DNA from: Eledone cirrhosa
Lineage: Eukaryota
Direction: 5' to 3'
NCBI GenBank assembly: GCA_964016885.1
Contig: OZ024742.1
Span: 322,958,001-323,022,000, forward strand
DNA: 64,000 nucleotides
Below the pieces are notes generated by a model. The model saw only the letters and a program-made list of their open reading frames with translations, ran no database searches and had not been told where the DNA came from. This document shows positions 40,825 through 54,583 of the stretch, one piece after another (the first letter of the stretch is position 1; each line of letters opens with the position of its first letter). A program made the translations under genes and the position numbers.

Positions 40825-42344
40825 TTACACTCTACTATCCCAAGTATCAAATACTCTGCTGAATAATGGTGTTACTAGTTTATAACTGCTAAAATCCTGA
40901 TATATGTATATATGTGATGGTTGCAACTCAATTTCGAGTAATGCCATCGCTTGATACTTAAGCATGAGCATCACAGATGTGACTTTTTAGTTCTGCTAGG
41001 GGCTTGCTTAATCACAAAAACATGTCACATATTAAGCAATGCTGGTGCTTGAAGTTTTTTTAAGTGAGGAAAGGCTTTGCACAGAGCCAATCCCATTCTC
41101 TGAACATCAAATGTATTTGCTCAAAAAGAAGAACTGGTCTACATCATTGGATGCAAACGAAGTCACAGGTTTTATATCAGAGTAACCTCCTAAAGAGATG
41201 TCTTAATGAAGACTAGGAGTCTCTCGCTCCACAACAAAAAAAAAACTTTATTGGACTTTCCAGAATTCCTCCACCCTTTGATGGGTTTTATTTTTCATCC
41301 CACATTCTATGTAATTTTCATAAAATTAATAGTAAATAAAATAATTTTGTAAAACTTTGTTTTTGTTATTTCTTTGACAGAATTGATAGAACTTAAGAAA
41401 ATATGTTTTGTGGCATTTGTTCTGACTCTTTACATTCAAAGTTCAAATCCTGTTGATGTCAACTTTGTCTGTCATCCTTCTAAGTTGATAAAATAAAATA
41501 CCAATCAAATACTAGTGTTGGATTAATTGCCTGTCCTCTCATCCCAAATTTCTGACCTTGTGCCTAAATTAGAAACCACAGTTAAGGGTGGTGGATTGGT
41601 AGAATCGTTAGAGCTTCAGACAAAGTAACTTGCAGTATGTGGTATTTAGTTAAGACTCTTTATGTTCTAGGTTTAAATCCCATCGAGGTTAACTTTACCT
41701 TGGTCATGTGCCAGTGGGAGAAATAATTATTACTATTATGATTAGCAACAGTGTTACAGATCAGGCTTAATATTTTGTAGTTATGGTTCTAATTTTGCTG
41801 TGATCAAAATTTTACTTACTCACTTATCTAAAATCATAATCATTGTTTTTATGTCTACTTATCAATGCTGGCATGGATTCAACAATACTTTCTTGAGGCA
41901 GTTATAACCTTTATTCTAACAATTTGAAAGGATCTATTAATATTTAAATTCTCAGTTGTATGAATAACATTACAAATTATTTATAATACTTATGACAAAA
42001 AGTACCCAGCACACACCGTAAATGTGGTTGGGGTTAGGAAGGGCATCCAGCCGTAGAAAACCAGCCCCAAAACACCCAGCCCACACTGTAAAGTGCACGT
42101 GTAAAAGACACGGCAAAAAGCACCCAGCACACACTGTCATTGGGGTTGGCATTAGGAAGGGCATCCAGCCGTAGAAAACCAGCCAGAAACTCTCCTATAT
42201 AAGCAAGACACGGTCACCCGACCCAACTTGCCTCTAATTGGGATTAACCCATACTAGCATGGAAGATAGACGTTAATCGACGATGATGATGATGACAGAA
42301 TGAAAATATACACACAAAGTATATCTACAATACTTAATTACATA

Positions 42345-43540
42345 AATCATCATCATCATCATCTTATCTTTGTTTAACGTCCATTTTCCACGCTAGCATG
42401 GATTAGACGGGAGTTGTCCCACTTGAGGCAAGGTTGGTCGAGTGACCGTGTCTCGCTCGTATAGGACTATCTGGCAGGTTTTCTACGGCTGGATGGGATG
42501 CCCTTCCTAACACCAACCACATTTACAGTGTGGAACTGGGAACTTTTTACCGTGTTACCTACACAGCCACATTACAGTGTGGACTGAGTGTCTTTTTTTT
42601 CTCGTGACACCTACACGATCTCGATCTCATTATCTCATTAATTTGGACTGGATGTTGTGGTACCAACTTTACAGAGAGAGGGTGGTGTTGGTGGGAGTGG
42701 GAGGGTAGGGGTAGTGGATTGGGGTGTATATTTGGTTAAGAGGTGCCTACTGACTGTAGGTTTTGCTTTGTACATAGGCAAGGCGGGTCTTCTGTATTAC
42801 TGTGTAGTGCCAAAGATCTCGGTCCAGTGACATTGTCTTAGAGAGGTGCAAGTGTGTAAGGTCGGAATTAATCAAACGTCCCAGGTTTTTCTGGGTCTAC
42901 CTACTCTGTAACTACCATTAATTTTGATCGCCCTGCACTTTTTTATACAGCTGTCTTCTTTCATGCGCATCACGTGGCCATACCAACGTAGTCTTCTCTC
43001 AAGTAAACAACATCTGATCCCTCTTATTCCTAATTTCTCACTTAGTTCATTTATGCTTTGCTGTTCACGTATATTACTATTACACATCCAACGGAGCATG
43101 CATGCTTTGTTTCTCTCCAGTCTGCGCAGGTCTTCTGCATGTAATGCTCACATGTCTCACTGCCATGTAGCATTGCTGTTCGTATACAGGCATCATACAA
43201 TCTGCCTTTCATTTTTAGAGTGAAACCTTTTGTAGCCAACAGTGAACTTTTTCCATCCCGTTCTGACTCTGGCTACTGTACTTTCAGAACACCCTCCACC
43301 ACTGCTGATTTCGTCTCCCAGGTAATGGAAAGTGTCTACTATTTCTATAGAACCATCTGGGCAATAGAAGGAGCTAGTATCCTGTGGACACTTGCTACCT
43401 ATTGCACCTGAGCATCAGCCACATATAAAGTCTTCGTTCTTAGATAGTTTACCTGTGATCCCACTACATCTTTTATGTACCCATACTTTGCATTTGGGAC
43501 ATAAAATTGAATTTCTGCCTACTCCTTTCCTACACACTTC
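42345..43540 (-). mobile_element. RTE LINE 3' portion (an opposite-strand 3' UTR copy lies at about 41995-42295)
   Basis: PHD-like segment, KGRLYDACIRTAMLHGSET, RRLRWYGHV, (GAT)n tail. Confidence 0.88.
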
Positions 43541-43619
43541 ACATAAAAATATAAAATCAAAACATAAGAAAATATTAAGTTGACACTAAGTGTGTCAATC
43601 AGTCACCTCAAAGTCACCT

Positions 43620-44060
43620 ATAATACTTTTTGAGTCAAGCCAATACACGGGCAGTGTTACTGCGAATGATAGCAACGCTAAAGTGCTAGAACAACCAAGC
43701 ACCCTCATGGGCATCAGTGGCTACCTTGGTAAGATAAGCCACCACCAATGACAGGAACTTTGTTGTTAGAACCCCAGCTCTCCCAAATGTCTTGATCACC
43801 ACAGGCTGGAAAAGATTGTTTGTTGATAATTCCCAGTATTTTAAAATTTTATTCTTATGACGACCTGCATTCAGGTAGCAAGACTGAAATCAAGGGCCTA
43901 CCACTGCAACATTTCAATCCACTGCAAATATCGGCACCCACTCTGAGAGCAATAAAGATGTAAAGCTCATCTAGACAGAGTAGGCCACCATTGTTAGCCA
44001 CAGGTAGGGCATCAACCCAGTCAGTCTAGAATTTTGCACTCCCAGAAAGTAGGTATGACC
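43620..44060 (-). mobile_element. CRE-like non-LTR element C-terminal remnant
   Basis: Minus strand WLF*HFSVAIIRSN resembles the terminal QRLSVAIQRGN motif. Confidence 0.45.
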
Positions 44061-45466
44061 ATGAGAAATTATCAGATTGATCAAAGAGAGAGTAGAAGGT
44101 GTCTCTCGAACGTAAATTGTTTCAAACTTTCTACTTTAGTCTATCCTTCCCTGAACTGACAAACCTAGCCTCCTCCATTAAATGAAACAAAATTATTCTA
44201 GAGAAAATATATTCATATAAAAAAATATATATTTTTTAATTAAAAAACACCTTATCTTGCAGACGCATTTCGGGAAAGTCTATATTAGAGCAGACCTGCC
44301 AACCTCTAAAAACCCAAACGGGGAGTACCATGAAAAAAAGTGATCCAAAATGGGGAGATTTTACATAATGAAAGCTATACTGATTTTCACAAGAGAAGAC
44401 ATCTCCCACCCACCTCAAAGTGGGTGGGAGATCTCCCTGCCGGACGGGGAGAGTTGACAGATCTGATAGAGTAATGTTTGGAATTAAGACGTGCATGGAT
44501 TCATACGCAGTATGATTATCTATAAACATATAGAAAATTGTATATACAGCCATGCTGTGTTAGTGCTATCGCTAAGTAACACGTTGGGTAAGCTTGCACT
44601 ATATGTAAATAAGCTTTCAACAGGTTTGTATACTATTAAATTTTTAAGATGATAATGACTTCCATACGTCGGTGTCTAGGCGTGAGTGCAGGGTGACGAA
44701 AAATTACAATTCTGAAATAAATAAATACTTAACCCAACCCTAAGCCCGAAACCTAAAAAGTTGAAGTATGATCACAGCTTAAAATATTCACAGGTAAACT
44801 AAATGGAGTAAATTTATAGAACACCACATCTGATTTCAGTGGGAATTAATTACTTTGTTTTTTTTTGTGCTATCAACTAATCTGATCTCTGAACGTGGCA
44901 TAAAGGACTTTTCTCCCGGAAAATGGAGGGGAAAGGAGAACTCTAGGGTTCATCAACCATTCCTGGAGTTTTCTTTACCTTTTTTTTCTGTTATCAACGA
45001 ATCTGATCTCTAAAACAGTCGAAAGCGATAAGGTTTGTACAAAAAAGAGGAGGGAAGTGGGCGGAGACCTTCGGAGTTTCGCAGATCTACGCCCTACTCT
45101 GGCCTTTGGTAGGAAATGTTTTTTATATAGATATATATAATATATATATTTTTTTTACGCGTTATCGATGAATCTGACCTCTAAACACGCTAAGCAGTTT
45201 CGGCAGTTTTCGCCAGGGTTAGGGGATCCCATATTCGGAGATCATATTAGTTGATAACACAGGACCCCCCCCCCCCCTCGAAAAGTAATTATTTTCCCCT
45301 GAAATCGAGAAAGGGTATTCTTCTACAATAATATCCTAAATGGATGTTTATTATATATAAACATATAGCAGAGTGCCCCCCCCCCCCCCGATACACCATT
45401 CTAATAAATATTGTCTGTACAGGTAATCAACGTGTGTATACATTTTGGGGGAGGGGAGACACTTTG

Positions 45467-46852
45467 GGCGATACTTGGTTTCAATTATTAGCTCCACCCA
45501 CGACACGTCATCAGCTGCTTGATTTTTACATGGTCATTTTCTTACATGCTTCATTTTTACACGAAAAAATATTGAATTTTTAGAATAAATATTTATTAAA
45601 ATATTAACAGAGAAAATTAGATTTTTGATTTATTTTTTGAACAAAATAAATATTTATTTACAGTTTTTCACAGAAAAACTATGCTTCATTTTTACATGAA
45701 TATTTATTTAGTTTTTAACAGAAAAAATATTGCTGCGAAATACATTTTTTTAAAACACATTTACAGTTTTTAACAACAGAAAAAAAAAATTCTTTAAACA
45801 ATATATTGTTGCGATATACAGTTTAACATTTTTTTCGAAACATTTACCCTCACCAGTTGGATACGTGGCATTACGCCATCGCCACTCAAACTCCCTTAAA
45901 TACGACTGAAATAGTGGTCGGCTGGTACCATTGATGCGTTTGAGTTTTTTTTTTTTGGCATGAGACCACATGCCCTAAATATTTTGCATGTGTGTACTTG
46001 ATATGGGATCAACGAAATGCTGCGAATGATTGACAGTCAGATGTGTATAACGACTAGGCAAATTTGGTATTTGATTGTTAGCCCGCCACTCATCTGTATG
46101 GATCATAGATCCATTTGCACAGTGCCTTTCAATGAGAGGCAGCAAAGTCTCAGCAGTACGATCAGGGATTTCATGGAGAAAAATATTGCGGGGATTATTA
46201 GTATCAATTCCGCCAATGTCCTTCATGCCAGAGCCCACGAGCATATTTACGATGAAAATATTTGCTCTCATCAATTTGTACAGTTATTGGTATTCCGTTA
46301 GAATCAAGACCACCGAGTATCGCCGGATTTTGCTCAACCCATTCACTACATACATCACGCATAAAATTGAACCAGTCGGTAACGGTAGTTGCATTGTTAC
46401 AGCGAATTTGATTTGAAATAACAACATTTTCGGTGTCAAAACACCAATAGTAGATAAAATCGAGAATTTGTTGTAGATTCAAATGACTTCTAGTAAAAAA
46501 TGATCCACAACGAATCGATTGCGTAAAGTTGCATGCCTTACATTTCCATCTAAAGCCATCAATCCCGTCTATCAAAGTCACAAACGAACATAAATTATTG
46601 CAGGCAGTACAATTAACAGTATTTGAAATTAACCGGTTGCTAGCCAGAAATTCCAGAGTAGAGCGATTATTTGCGGTAATTAAATGCATTTCACGGTGTG
46701 TTAAATTCATATTTAAAGTTTCTTCTGGTAAATTAATATTCTCAACAATAAGCAGCAGCAGCAGCAGCAGCTAATGACGTATCGTGTAGTGGGTGGAGCT
46801 AATAATTGAATGTCGCTGATGATAATTTAGGACACTAAAATCAAGTATCGCC
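45467..46852 (-). mobile_element. Merlin (IS1595/ISXO2-like) DNA transposon, complete ends, pseudogenised transposase 45750-46710
   Basis: TIR GGCGATACTTG / CAAGTATCGCC plus subterminal aattattagctccaccca; 8-bp TSD acactttg/acaccttg; CxxC...CxxC, VQIDES, IHTDEW, VNHS..FVDP, YLREFEWR; one frameshift and QNI*GMW. Confidence 0.92.
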
Positions 46853-46971
46853 ACACCTTGTGTATTAGCTTGTCACAAAAAGTATTAGAGGGAGGCTACC
46901 AAATCTACTTCCTGAAATATAAAAAAGAGAAATAGATTGACTAACGTAGTCTCATAATCATATATGGGTCC

Positions 46972-47051
46972 TTTCATCCTTACGGGGTCGATAAAATAAA
47001 GTACCAATAACGCACTGAGATAATTATGGCCTTGTGCCAAAAGTAGAAATA
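46972..47051 (+). mobile_element. 5'-truncated SINE with perfect 18-bp TSD
   Basis: ataatcatatatgggtcc at 46954-46971 and 47052-47069. Confidence 0.85.
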
Positions 47052-47244
47052 ATAATCATATATGGGTCCATATACGCGTTTAAGCTGTATTTATTTATTT
47101 ATTTCATAGTAACAGTAAATATCTAATCTCTAACTTTAGATATGTTTTCATCCAAATGACAGAAGATTTATTTTACTGTTTGGATTACCAAACCAAGTGA
47201 TCTCCCTTCTTTACTTCCCTGCACCGTCCACGTGTAGAGACATA

Positions 47245-48195
47245 ATGGCGGACAAAGCTATTCCTGGTTCTTCTTCAGAGAAAAATGAAACTCCTCTCCC
47301 TTTACCCAACTACAAACGGGTTAAGAATAAGATCTTACGATCTCAAATGTTCAGGAAAATGCTCATGGAGAAAAAGAAGATCGAAATAGCCAAAAGGAAA
47401 GAGAGAAAGAACATGATAAAAAAGGGATTACCTGTTCCTCCTAAGCAAGAACCAAAAACTATTGAGAAACTACGTGTGGCCGATGAAACTCTTATCTCGC
47501 AGAAAGATGAAGAAGTCGAAATAGACGAATCTTTAGATGAAATGGCAGCCCATTTCAAACGCGAAACGATTCCCAAAATACTGATCACAACGTCTTGTCG
47601 ATCGAAACTGCGGACTTACCATTTCTGTAAAGAACTTACGACCGTCTTTCCGAATGCGACTTACTATCACCGAAGAACCATAGCCATAAAAAATATCGTG
47701 CCCCAGGCGATCGAAAAGGAGTTCACCGACATCATTATTATAAACGAGAACAACAAAAAGCCTAATGGAATGCTTCTGGTTCATCTACCCGATGGACCTA
47801 CCATCCATTTTAAAGTAAGTAACGTGAAGCTACGAAAAGAAATACCAAAATGTGATTCTTCAACCGACCACAGACCTGAGTTGATACTTAACAACTTCAA
47901 CACCCGGTTGGGACACACAGTTGGACGTATGTTCGGGGCGCTCTTTCCTCTCGACCCTCAATTTCACGGACGGCGTGTTGTTACTTTTCACAACCAAAGA
48001 GACTTCATATTTTTCAGGCACCACCGTTACGTGTTCAAAAACCAAAAACGAGTTGGACTTGCGGAACTAGGGCCCCGCTTCACCCTCAAGATGAGATCCC
48101 TACAGAAAGGGGTTTTTGATTCTCGTTACGGAGAATACGAGTGGTTCCATAAAAGACACGAAATGGAAACTAGTAGACGTAAATTCTTCTTATAA
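47245..48195 (+). CDS. RPF1: Ribosome production factor 1 (Brix domain), single-exon CDS, 316 aa
   Basis: PKTIEKLR, PKILITTS, HLPDGPT.HFK, RPELILNNFNTRLGHTVGRM, VTFHNQRDFIFFRHHRY, ELGPRFTLK, C-terminal METSRRKFFL; ATTAAA about 40 bp after the stop. Confidence 0.96.
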   Translation: MADKAIPGSSSEKNETPLPLPNYKRVKNKILRSQMFRKMLMEKKKIEIAKRKERKNMIKKGLPVPPKQEPKTIEKLRVADETLISQKDEEVEIDESLDEMAAHFKRETIPKILITTSCRSKLRTYHFCKELTTVFPNATYYHRRTIAIKNIVPQAIEKEFTDIIIINENNKKPNGMLLVHLPDGPTIHFKVSNVKLRKEIPKCDSSTDHRPELILNNFNTRLGHTVGRMFGALFPLDPQFHGRRVVTFHNQRDFIFFRHHRYVFKNQKRVGLAELGPRFTLKMRSLQKGVFDSRYGEYEWFHKRHEMETSRRKFFL

Positions 48196-51100
48196 ATGTA
48201 TTTGTAAACAATCATGTGAGAGAAAAAAAGGGTATTAAAAACAGTTATTGTGTTTATTATTATTAATGTTGCTTTCCCTAAATTTGTTCTGTTAATTGAT
48301 TAATATTTTAACTATTCTAAGTACTAAACCGCCCATGGTTCTACTATACAAAGCAGTTTTAAAATGTTTATAGTTATAAAAAAAAAACAAAAAAACCTTC
48401 CATCATAATTTGATGTAAGAATCGTTATATTCTAAATATCATTTAATAAGAGAGTTATGTTACTAAATCGCTCCAAATTCTTGATTAGCCTTTTATTATA
48501 AATATAGCAACAAAAGGGTTAAAATAAATTTTTAAAAATTAAATATAGTTTTACTATGATGTCAAATAGAATGTTTTAGTATTCAATAGATTATTTGGTC
48601 AAATTAGATAATAACTCCGAAAAACGTATACAGATTAAAATACTTAATGAGACTAAATGTAAGTTTACACAAACATACTGTTATTTGGTTAATTATGTTT
48701 CAAATCGCCTTGTATTAGTGCTATTGTAATAGTTGTATTAATGCTATTACTAACTAATACTAGCTGGTCACACTTGTGCCATATGTAAATAAGCTTTCAA
48801 AAAGAATAATAAGTTTACAAAATTTATAAGACTGCTGCTTTTATACCTCTGCATATAAGTGTAAATGAGCGTGTGCTGATGACTAGTAATGACTGAAATA
48901 CATGTATACACTGTTCTTATCCCCGATTCCCAGGTAGGAGTGACAGGATCACAGCCTAAAATATTCAGAGATTATATGTATATTTTGCAATAACATATTG
49001 TATATATATGCTCATATACACCTATATACAAAATATTTGTTAGGAACAACTTTCAAATATGTATTTATATTGTATCCTTAAGTATAGTTCAGTGGATGAG
49101 TGGAGTATTGTTCAGAGAGAGAGGAAGCCAAACAATGAATTCCAGGGGAGGATGTTGAATAGGGCCAATGATGAAGTTGTGAAGAGAAATGGAATGAGAT
49201 GGTTGGGTCATTTTGAAAATGACTGAGTGAGAGGGGTGATAGAAATAGAGCTAATGATGAAAGTTATCAAGAGAAATGGAATGAGATAGTTATGTGTTGA
49301 AGGATGAATGTGACTAAAAGGAAAGCCAGAAAAATGCAGAACGGCAAAATAAAGAAGCTTGTCATGGAGCTTAATGATTTCTAATTTAAGCACAAGGCCA
49401 GTAATTTTGGGGGAAGAAGTCATTTAAATCAACCCCAGTATTTGTCTGGTACTTTATTTTATCGACTAGAAGGATGAAAAATAAAGTTGACCTGAGAACA
49501 AATTGAAAGGATATTTTATCCAACACACTGCCTCATTGGGCTTAAGAATGAGAAAGTTAGTTACATTATTAAATCCCTCCAAATTCTTGATTATTTTCAA
49601 ATCATTAGCAGTGTATTTTATTGGAAATATAGTAAAGAAAGCGTTATCTATAATACACAACTAAAGACATGTGACTGATAAATATGAAATAGAATGAACC
49701 TCTATTAGTTTCAAGGATGAACATTTCAGTTGTTCAATGGTCCAGCCTGATTGTGAAATTAACATACAAGTGGCTGGGTATTTCACAAACACATGTACTC
49801 TTAACATAATTCTCAAGATCAACATGGTACAGTATGTGACAAAGATGGTCCTTTGACATACTGACATTTTCATATGACTTTGGTAAATGACACTTGCTCA
49901 AGATGCCACACAGTGGAATCAAAGATTGTGAAGTGAACTTCTTAACTATTCATTCACACTGTGTTTACTGGTAAGTATGGTATTGAGAGTGTAATAGTGG
50001 ATCAATGTATTGAGAAGACAAGTTACTCTATGAGAATAGAATTGTTGCTGTTACCCAACATACTTAAAATGTTGAAAGCATTGATGTAGATACATGATCC
50101 AGTTCAATAGCCAGCAAGATATATGGAAGAAAGCATATCTGTTAATTTACAATGAAGATAATATCAACACCATTTAATGTCCATTTTCCCATGCTAGCAT
50201 TTGTGAGGCAAATTAGATCTTGCTCATACAGAACTGTTTCTGGCTGGATGCCCTTCCTAATGCCAACCACATTTACAGTGTGGATTGGGTGCTTTTTGTT
50301 GTCACCAACACAACCACTTTACAATGTGGGCTGGGTGCTTTTTGTCATGACACCACAATTTAATTAACCCCTTTGATAGCAGCCTGGTAAAACCAGCTCT
50401 AGTTCTTTTTAAAAAAAACACCTATATTAAAGGGTTCCCATTTAGATTAAGATCCTCCAACATAATATTATTTAAGAACCATATGTTAGTAATTAAATCA
50501 GTATCATTATTATTTAACATCCATTTTCCATCCTAGTCTTCTTCACCCTTTAGCGAGTTTTCTATGATTGGATGTCCTCATCACAAACCACTTTACTGAG
50601 TGTACTGGTGTGTTTCATCATATCCACACAAACACTAGAGAGGTTATCAGGCCCTTGTTGCAACTGAAGAATCCTCTCATCCATTTTTGGTATCTATAGT
50701 TGGATGTCCTAACCACCAACCACATTACAGGATGTATTGGGTACATTTTTTCCTGGCACCAGCGCTAGAGAGGGTGTGTTGTGACTGAAGGGTCTTATAG
50801 AGGTGGATATAATGGGAGTGGTAGGAAGGATGATAATAGGGGATGGATGACAAGTATAGTGTCATAGGTGTATAACAGGTTTGGTGGAGTTCAAAGGAAA
50901 GGATGAGAAAGTTTGTCATGGAATTTGTTAGGGTAGTGTGATTCTAAATGTGAACAGTTACTAAGGAGTTATGACTGACTGGTGTGTAAGGGTCATAAAA
51001 AATGATCTATTATGCATGTAGTTTCAAATCTCATTGTGTAAAAAAATTTCTTTTAATTGGCCATTTCACATGCATATGTCTACCAAGGAAACTACTTTTT

Positions 51101-52599
51101 TGCATTATGTGTATGTATAAGCTCCAAGTACACACTAATGTGGTTGGCATTAGGGAGGGCATCCAACCAGTGACCATCATCATATAAGCAAGATACGCTC
51201 AACTCCTCTGCCTGGTCTCATAATGTGAATGCGTCTAATCCATGAAAACATGAAAAATAGACATTAAACTGTGTGTATGTATATATAAGAAAGATGCTTC
51301 TTATGTTCTATTTCATGTTGCTTTTCATAATAGTATTGTGGTCCCCTATCATTAAAACACCCAATAAATTTTCTATGGGATACAATCTTGTAGGAGGCTA
51401 GCTAGTTCTCTGAATTAAATCCTGTCAGTGTCCACTTTACCTTTCATTGCTTCAGGGTCACTAAAGAAAGTACCACAGGTGGTAAATTGGCAGAGTAGTT
51501 AGAATGCTTTGTAGCATTTGTTCCAGTTTTCTGTGCTTTGATTTCAAATCCGGCTGAGGTCAACTTTGCCTTTCATCCTTCCGAGATCGATAAAAATGCA
51601 TCAGTCCAGTGCTTGAGTTAATTCTTTCTCCATATCTTATTTTTACCTCTTTATTACTTTTTCCTTACTCTGGAAGAAATTGACTGTATTCAGATCTGGA
51701 GAGGAGATGGGTTCTGCTAGTTTAAAAAACAAAAATGCCCAATAATTGCTGTATGTCATAGAAATAAAATACTTGTCCACTCTTCTTCCAGCTGTCAAAC
51801 ACTTAATGTTTCAACAAAACGCTCTTACAGAGAACTCTATAACAGTTTTGGTGTATGGTGATAATGATGATAGTGGGTAGGGGTTGTGATAATGAAAACT
51901 CTCACCTAGCCATTAGATATAACATTGAACGCAAGGCCACAAATATAGGAAATGTCCACAGTTGGTTTAGACTAGAAGTTCCTAAACATCTTTTGGACTA
52001 TTGCCCTCTTTTTAGAGAATAATTTCTGCCCACTGTAAAGCTGATGAAACAGTACATAGAAAATTAAATTTTAATGGGGTTTTTTAAAGGAAATATTTAA
52101 GCATTTATTGAATAACTAAAAGTAATTTTTAAACAATTTGTATTCTTCACCAATCTGCTTTCCAATGACCACATCCCCTCTTTGCCTTCCAATGTCTCTT
52201 TTGAGTTTTCCTACATCACAGGGGTGGGGCAGTAGTACCCACTTAGGAAATCACTGCTCTATGCAGTTTCTCGACCAGCTAGAAACAGCAGCCAAATCTA
52301 TCTTATATGACATATTACCAAATCACTTAAAAAACGACATATTGGACAATGTAACTGAAGTTAAGGCTGGCTGGAAAGACAGGATGATCATGGCTAGAAT
52401 GCCATTGATCTTTAGTCTGCTGAATCAAATTTGACTTGACGACAGCAGCTGATTAAACCCTTTTCTCCCTCAGCACTCATTGCCTTCCAATATCCCTCCT
52501 GAGTTGCTCAGTGCCCCAGGAGGTTTAATCATGAACAAATTTATTTCAAATAACAATAACACTACAAATATTTAAGAAGGGAAAGGCAAGGGCTCTAGG

Positions 52600-53040
52600 A
52601 TCACAGAAGAATAGGAGGGTGATGGGCTCTAGGCTTAAGGTGCGGTGGTATTGGGGCTGTGGTCAGAAACATCAACTACAACAACCACCCCACCTCGCAG
52701 GGCTACTTCCTCAGGCGGGCTGCTGACATTGTGGAGGATCTCGGCAATACAGGGTCCAAATACACCAGAGGTCTTGACAGTGAAGAGGAAGCAGCCAGAC
52801 AATCCCTGGTATTTGTCTTCCTTTCTTCTGCATTGCGGGCCGCAGTACCGGGTTTTGTGGTCAAATCGACTAAGTTAGAGGCAAAGAACATGTCGCAATA
52901 TGTGGTGTCCTAGATGAGTGATCCACCTCCTTCGAACGGGAAGAGGGTGCTTGCCGTCTCTGTTGTAAAGAGGTATTTAATGTTACAAGCCTCAGAAATA
53001 AAGTGGCCGATGTTAGAACGTCGAATAGCAAGCTTCACAA
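52600..53040 (-). mobile_element. CRE-like non-LTR element, restriction-like endonuclease remnant
   Basis: RDGKHP..LFPFEGGGSLI*DTTYCD...PGTAARNAEERK...VKTSGVFG resembles RPDG..LVWDAT..AAxxAExxK..ETxG. Confidence 0.6.
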
Positions 53041-53059
53041 TACTTGTTCTGCTTCTCTT

Positions 53060-54541
53060 AAAACTAGCAAATAAAAACCTTCGCTAGTTTTAATCTTAAA
53101 ATTACCATTGACACTAACCTTTCCAATGTTAATTTTCTAGATATAAACCTAGATCTACCTACTACTTCTTATAAACCGTACCATAAACCTAATGAAAATT
53201 TAAAATATATAAATAAAGGCTCTTGCCATCCTCCTATAGTTTTTAAAAACCTTATTCCTAATATTAGCCATAGGATCTCCACCCTCTCTTCCTCAGAAGC
53301 TATTTTCAATAAGGCATCCTCCTACTATAATAAAGCCCTTCAAAATAGCGGATTCAGTGAACCGATTAAGTACATACCCAACAATACTAACTCCTTTAAA
53401 CATAATAATAGGAAAAGAAAAATAATCTGGTTCACCCCCCCCCCCCCCCCTACTCTTTAGCAGTTAAAACTAATGTAGGCAAAAAATTCCTAGAGCTCTT
53501 AGATAAACATTTCCCTAGAACACATAGATACTATAAGATCTTCAATAGAAACTGTGTCAAAATCAGCTACTCCTGCAGTCCCCCTATTAAATCTTATATC
53601 CTCAATAAGAAAATACCCAGAGAACATCAAAATTGCTTCTGTAGAGTCAAAAGTGAATGCCCATTACAAGGTAAATGCAACACCAAAGCCATTGTATATG
53701 CGGCTAAAGTGACAACCTACCAGCCACCAGCGAACGATATGTGGGTATGACACAAGACAAATTCAAAACGCGTTATTACTCACATGTCGCATCTTTCCGA
53801 CATCCTGAAAAAAGATTTACAACAGCTCTGGCTAGCAGAATATGGGATTTGAAAGATCAAGGTATCCAATATAAATTAGATTGGTCAATTTTGAACCAAT
53901 CTAAAGAATATGCAAGAGGAACAAGAAGATGCGCACTCTGCATAAGTGAAAAATATTGGATTTTACAGAACCTTAAATCACCAAAAACCTGCCTAAATGC
54001 AAAAACAAATTTTCACCAGTTGCCCACACATGAAATCACACTTGCTTTCCAGCTCTTACAAACTTAACTCACTTTCAGATACTTATCCTCCATAAACTCT
54101 TGTTCTTCACTTTCCTTAAATTACCCTCTTTACAGACTTCTCTTTCTGATTTACTTTTATTTTTATTTTTCACTTTACTTTTACTTCACATCCACCAGTG
54201 ACCCCCCCCCCCCCCCCCGCTTTTTGATTCACTTACCTTATATCTTCACATTTCCACACATTTCACTTCCCCATTTTCTTTCACTACCTGATAACACTTG
54301 TCACTTGCGTTTTCAACACCAGATATATTCTGTTATCTCTCAGCCGTTTTTATGTGTTTACTTCCGTATAATTTGTACTCATTTATTCATACGGCTGGTT
54401 TTTAATTTGTATCTATGCGTGTGAATATGCATGTGTTTGTATGTGTATACGAACGCATTCGTATGTGTGTGTGTGTTTATATCTGTTTTTTACATACTTA
54501 TATATGCGTGTATATGTATATATATATATATATGTATGTAT

Positions 54542-54583
<42 letters not shown>

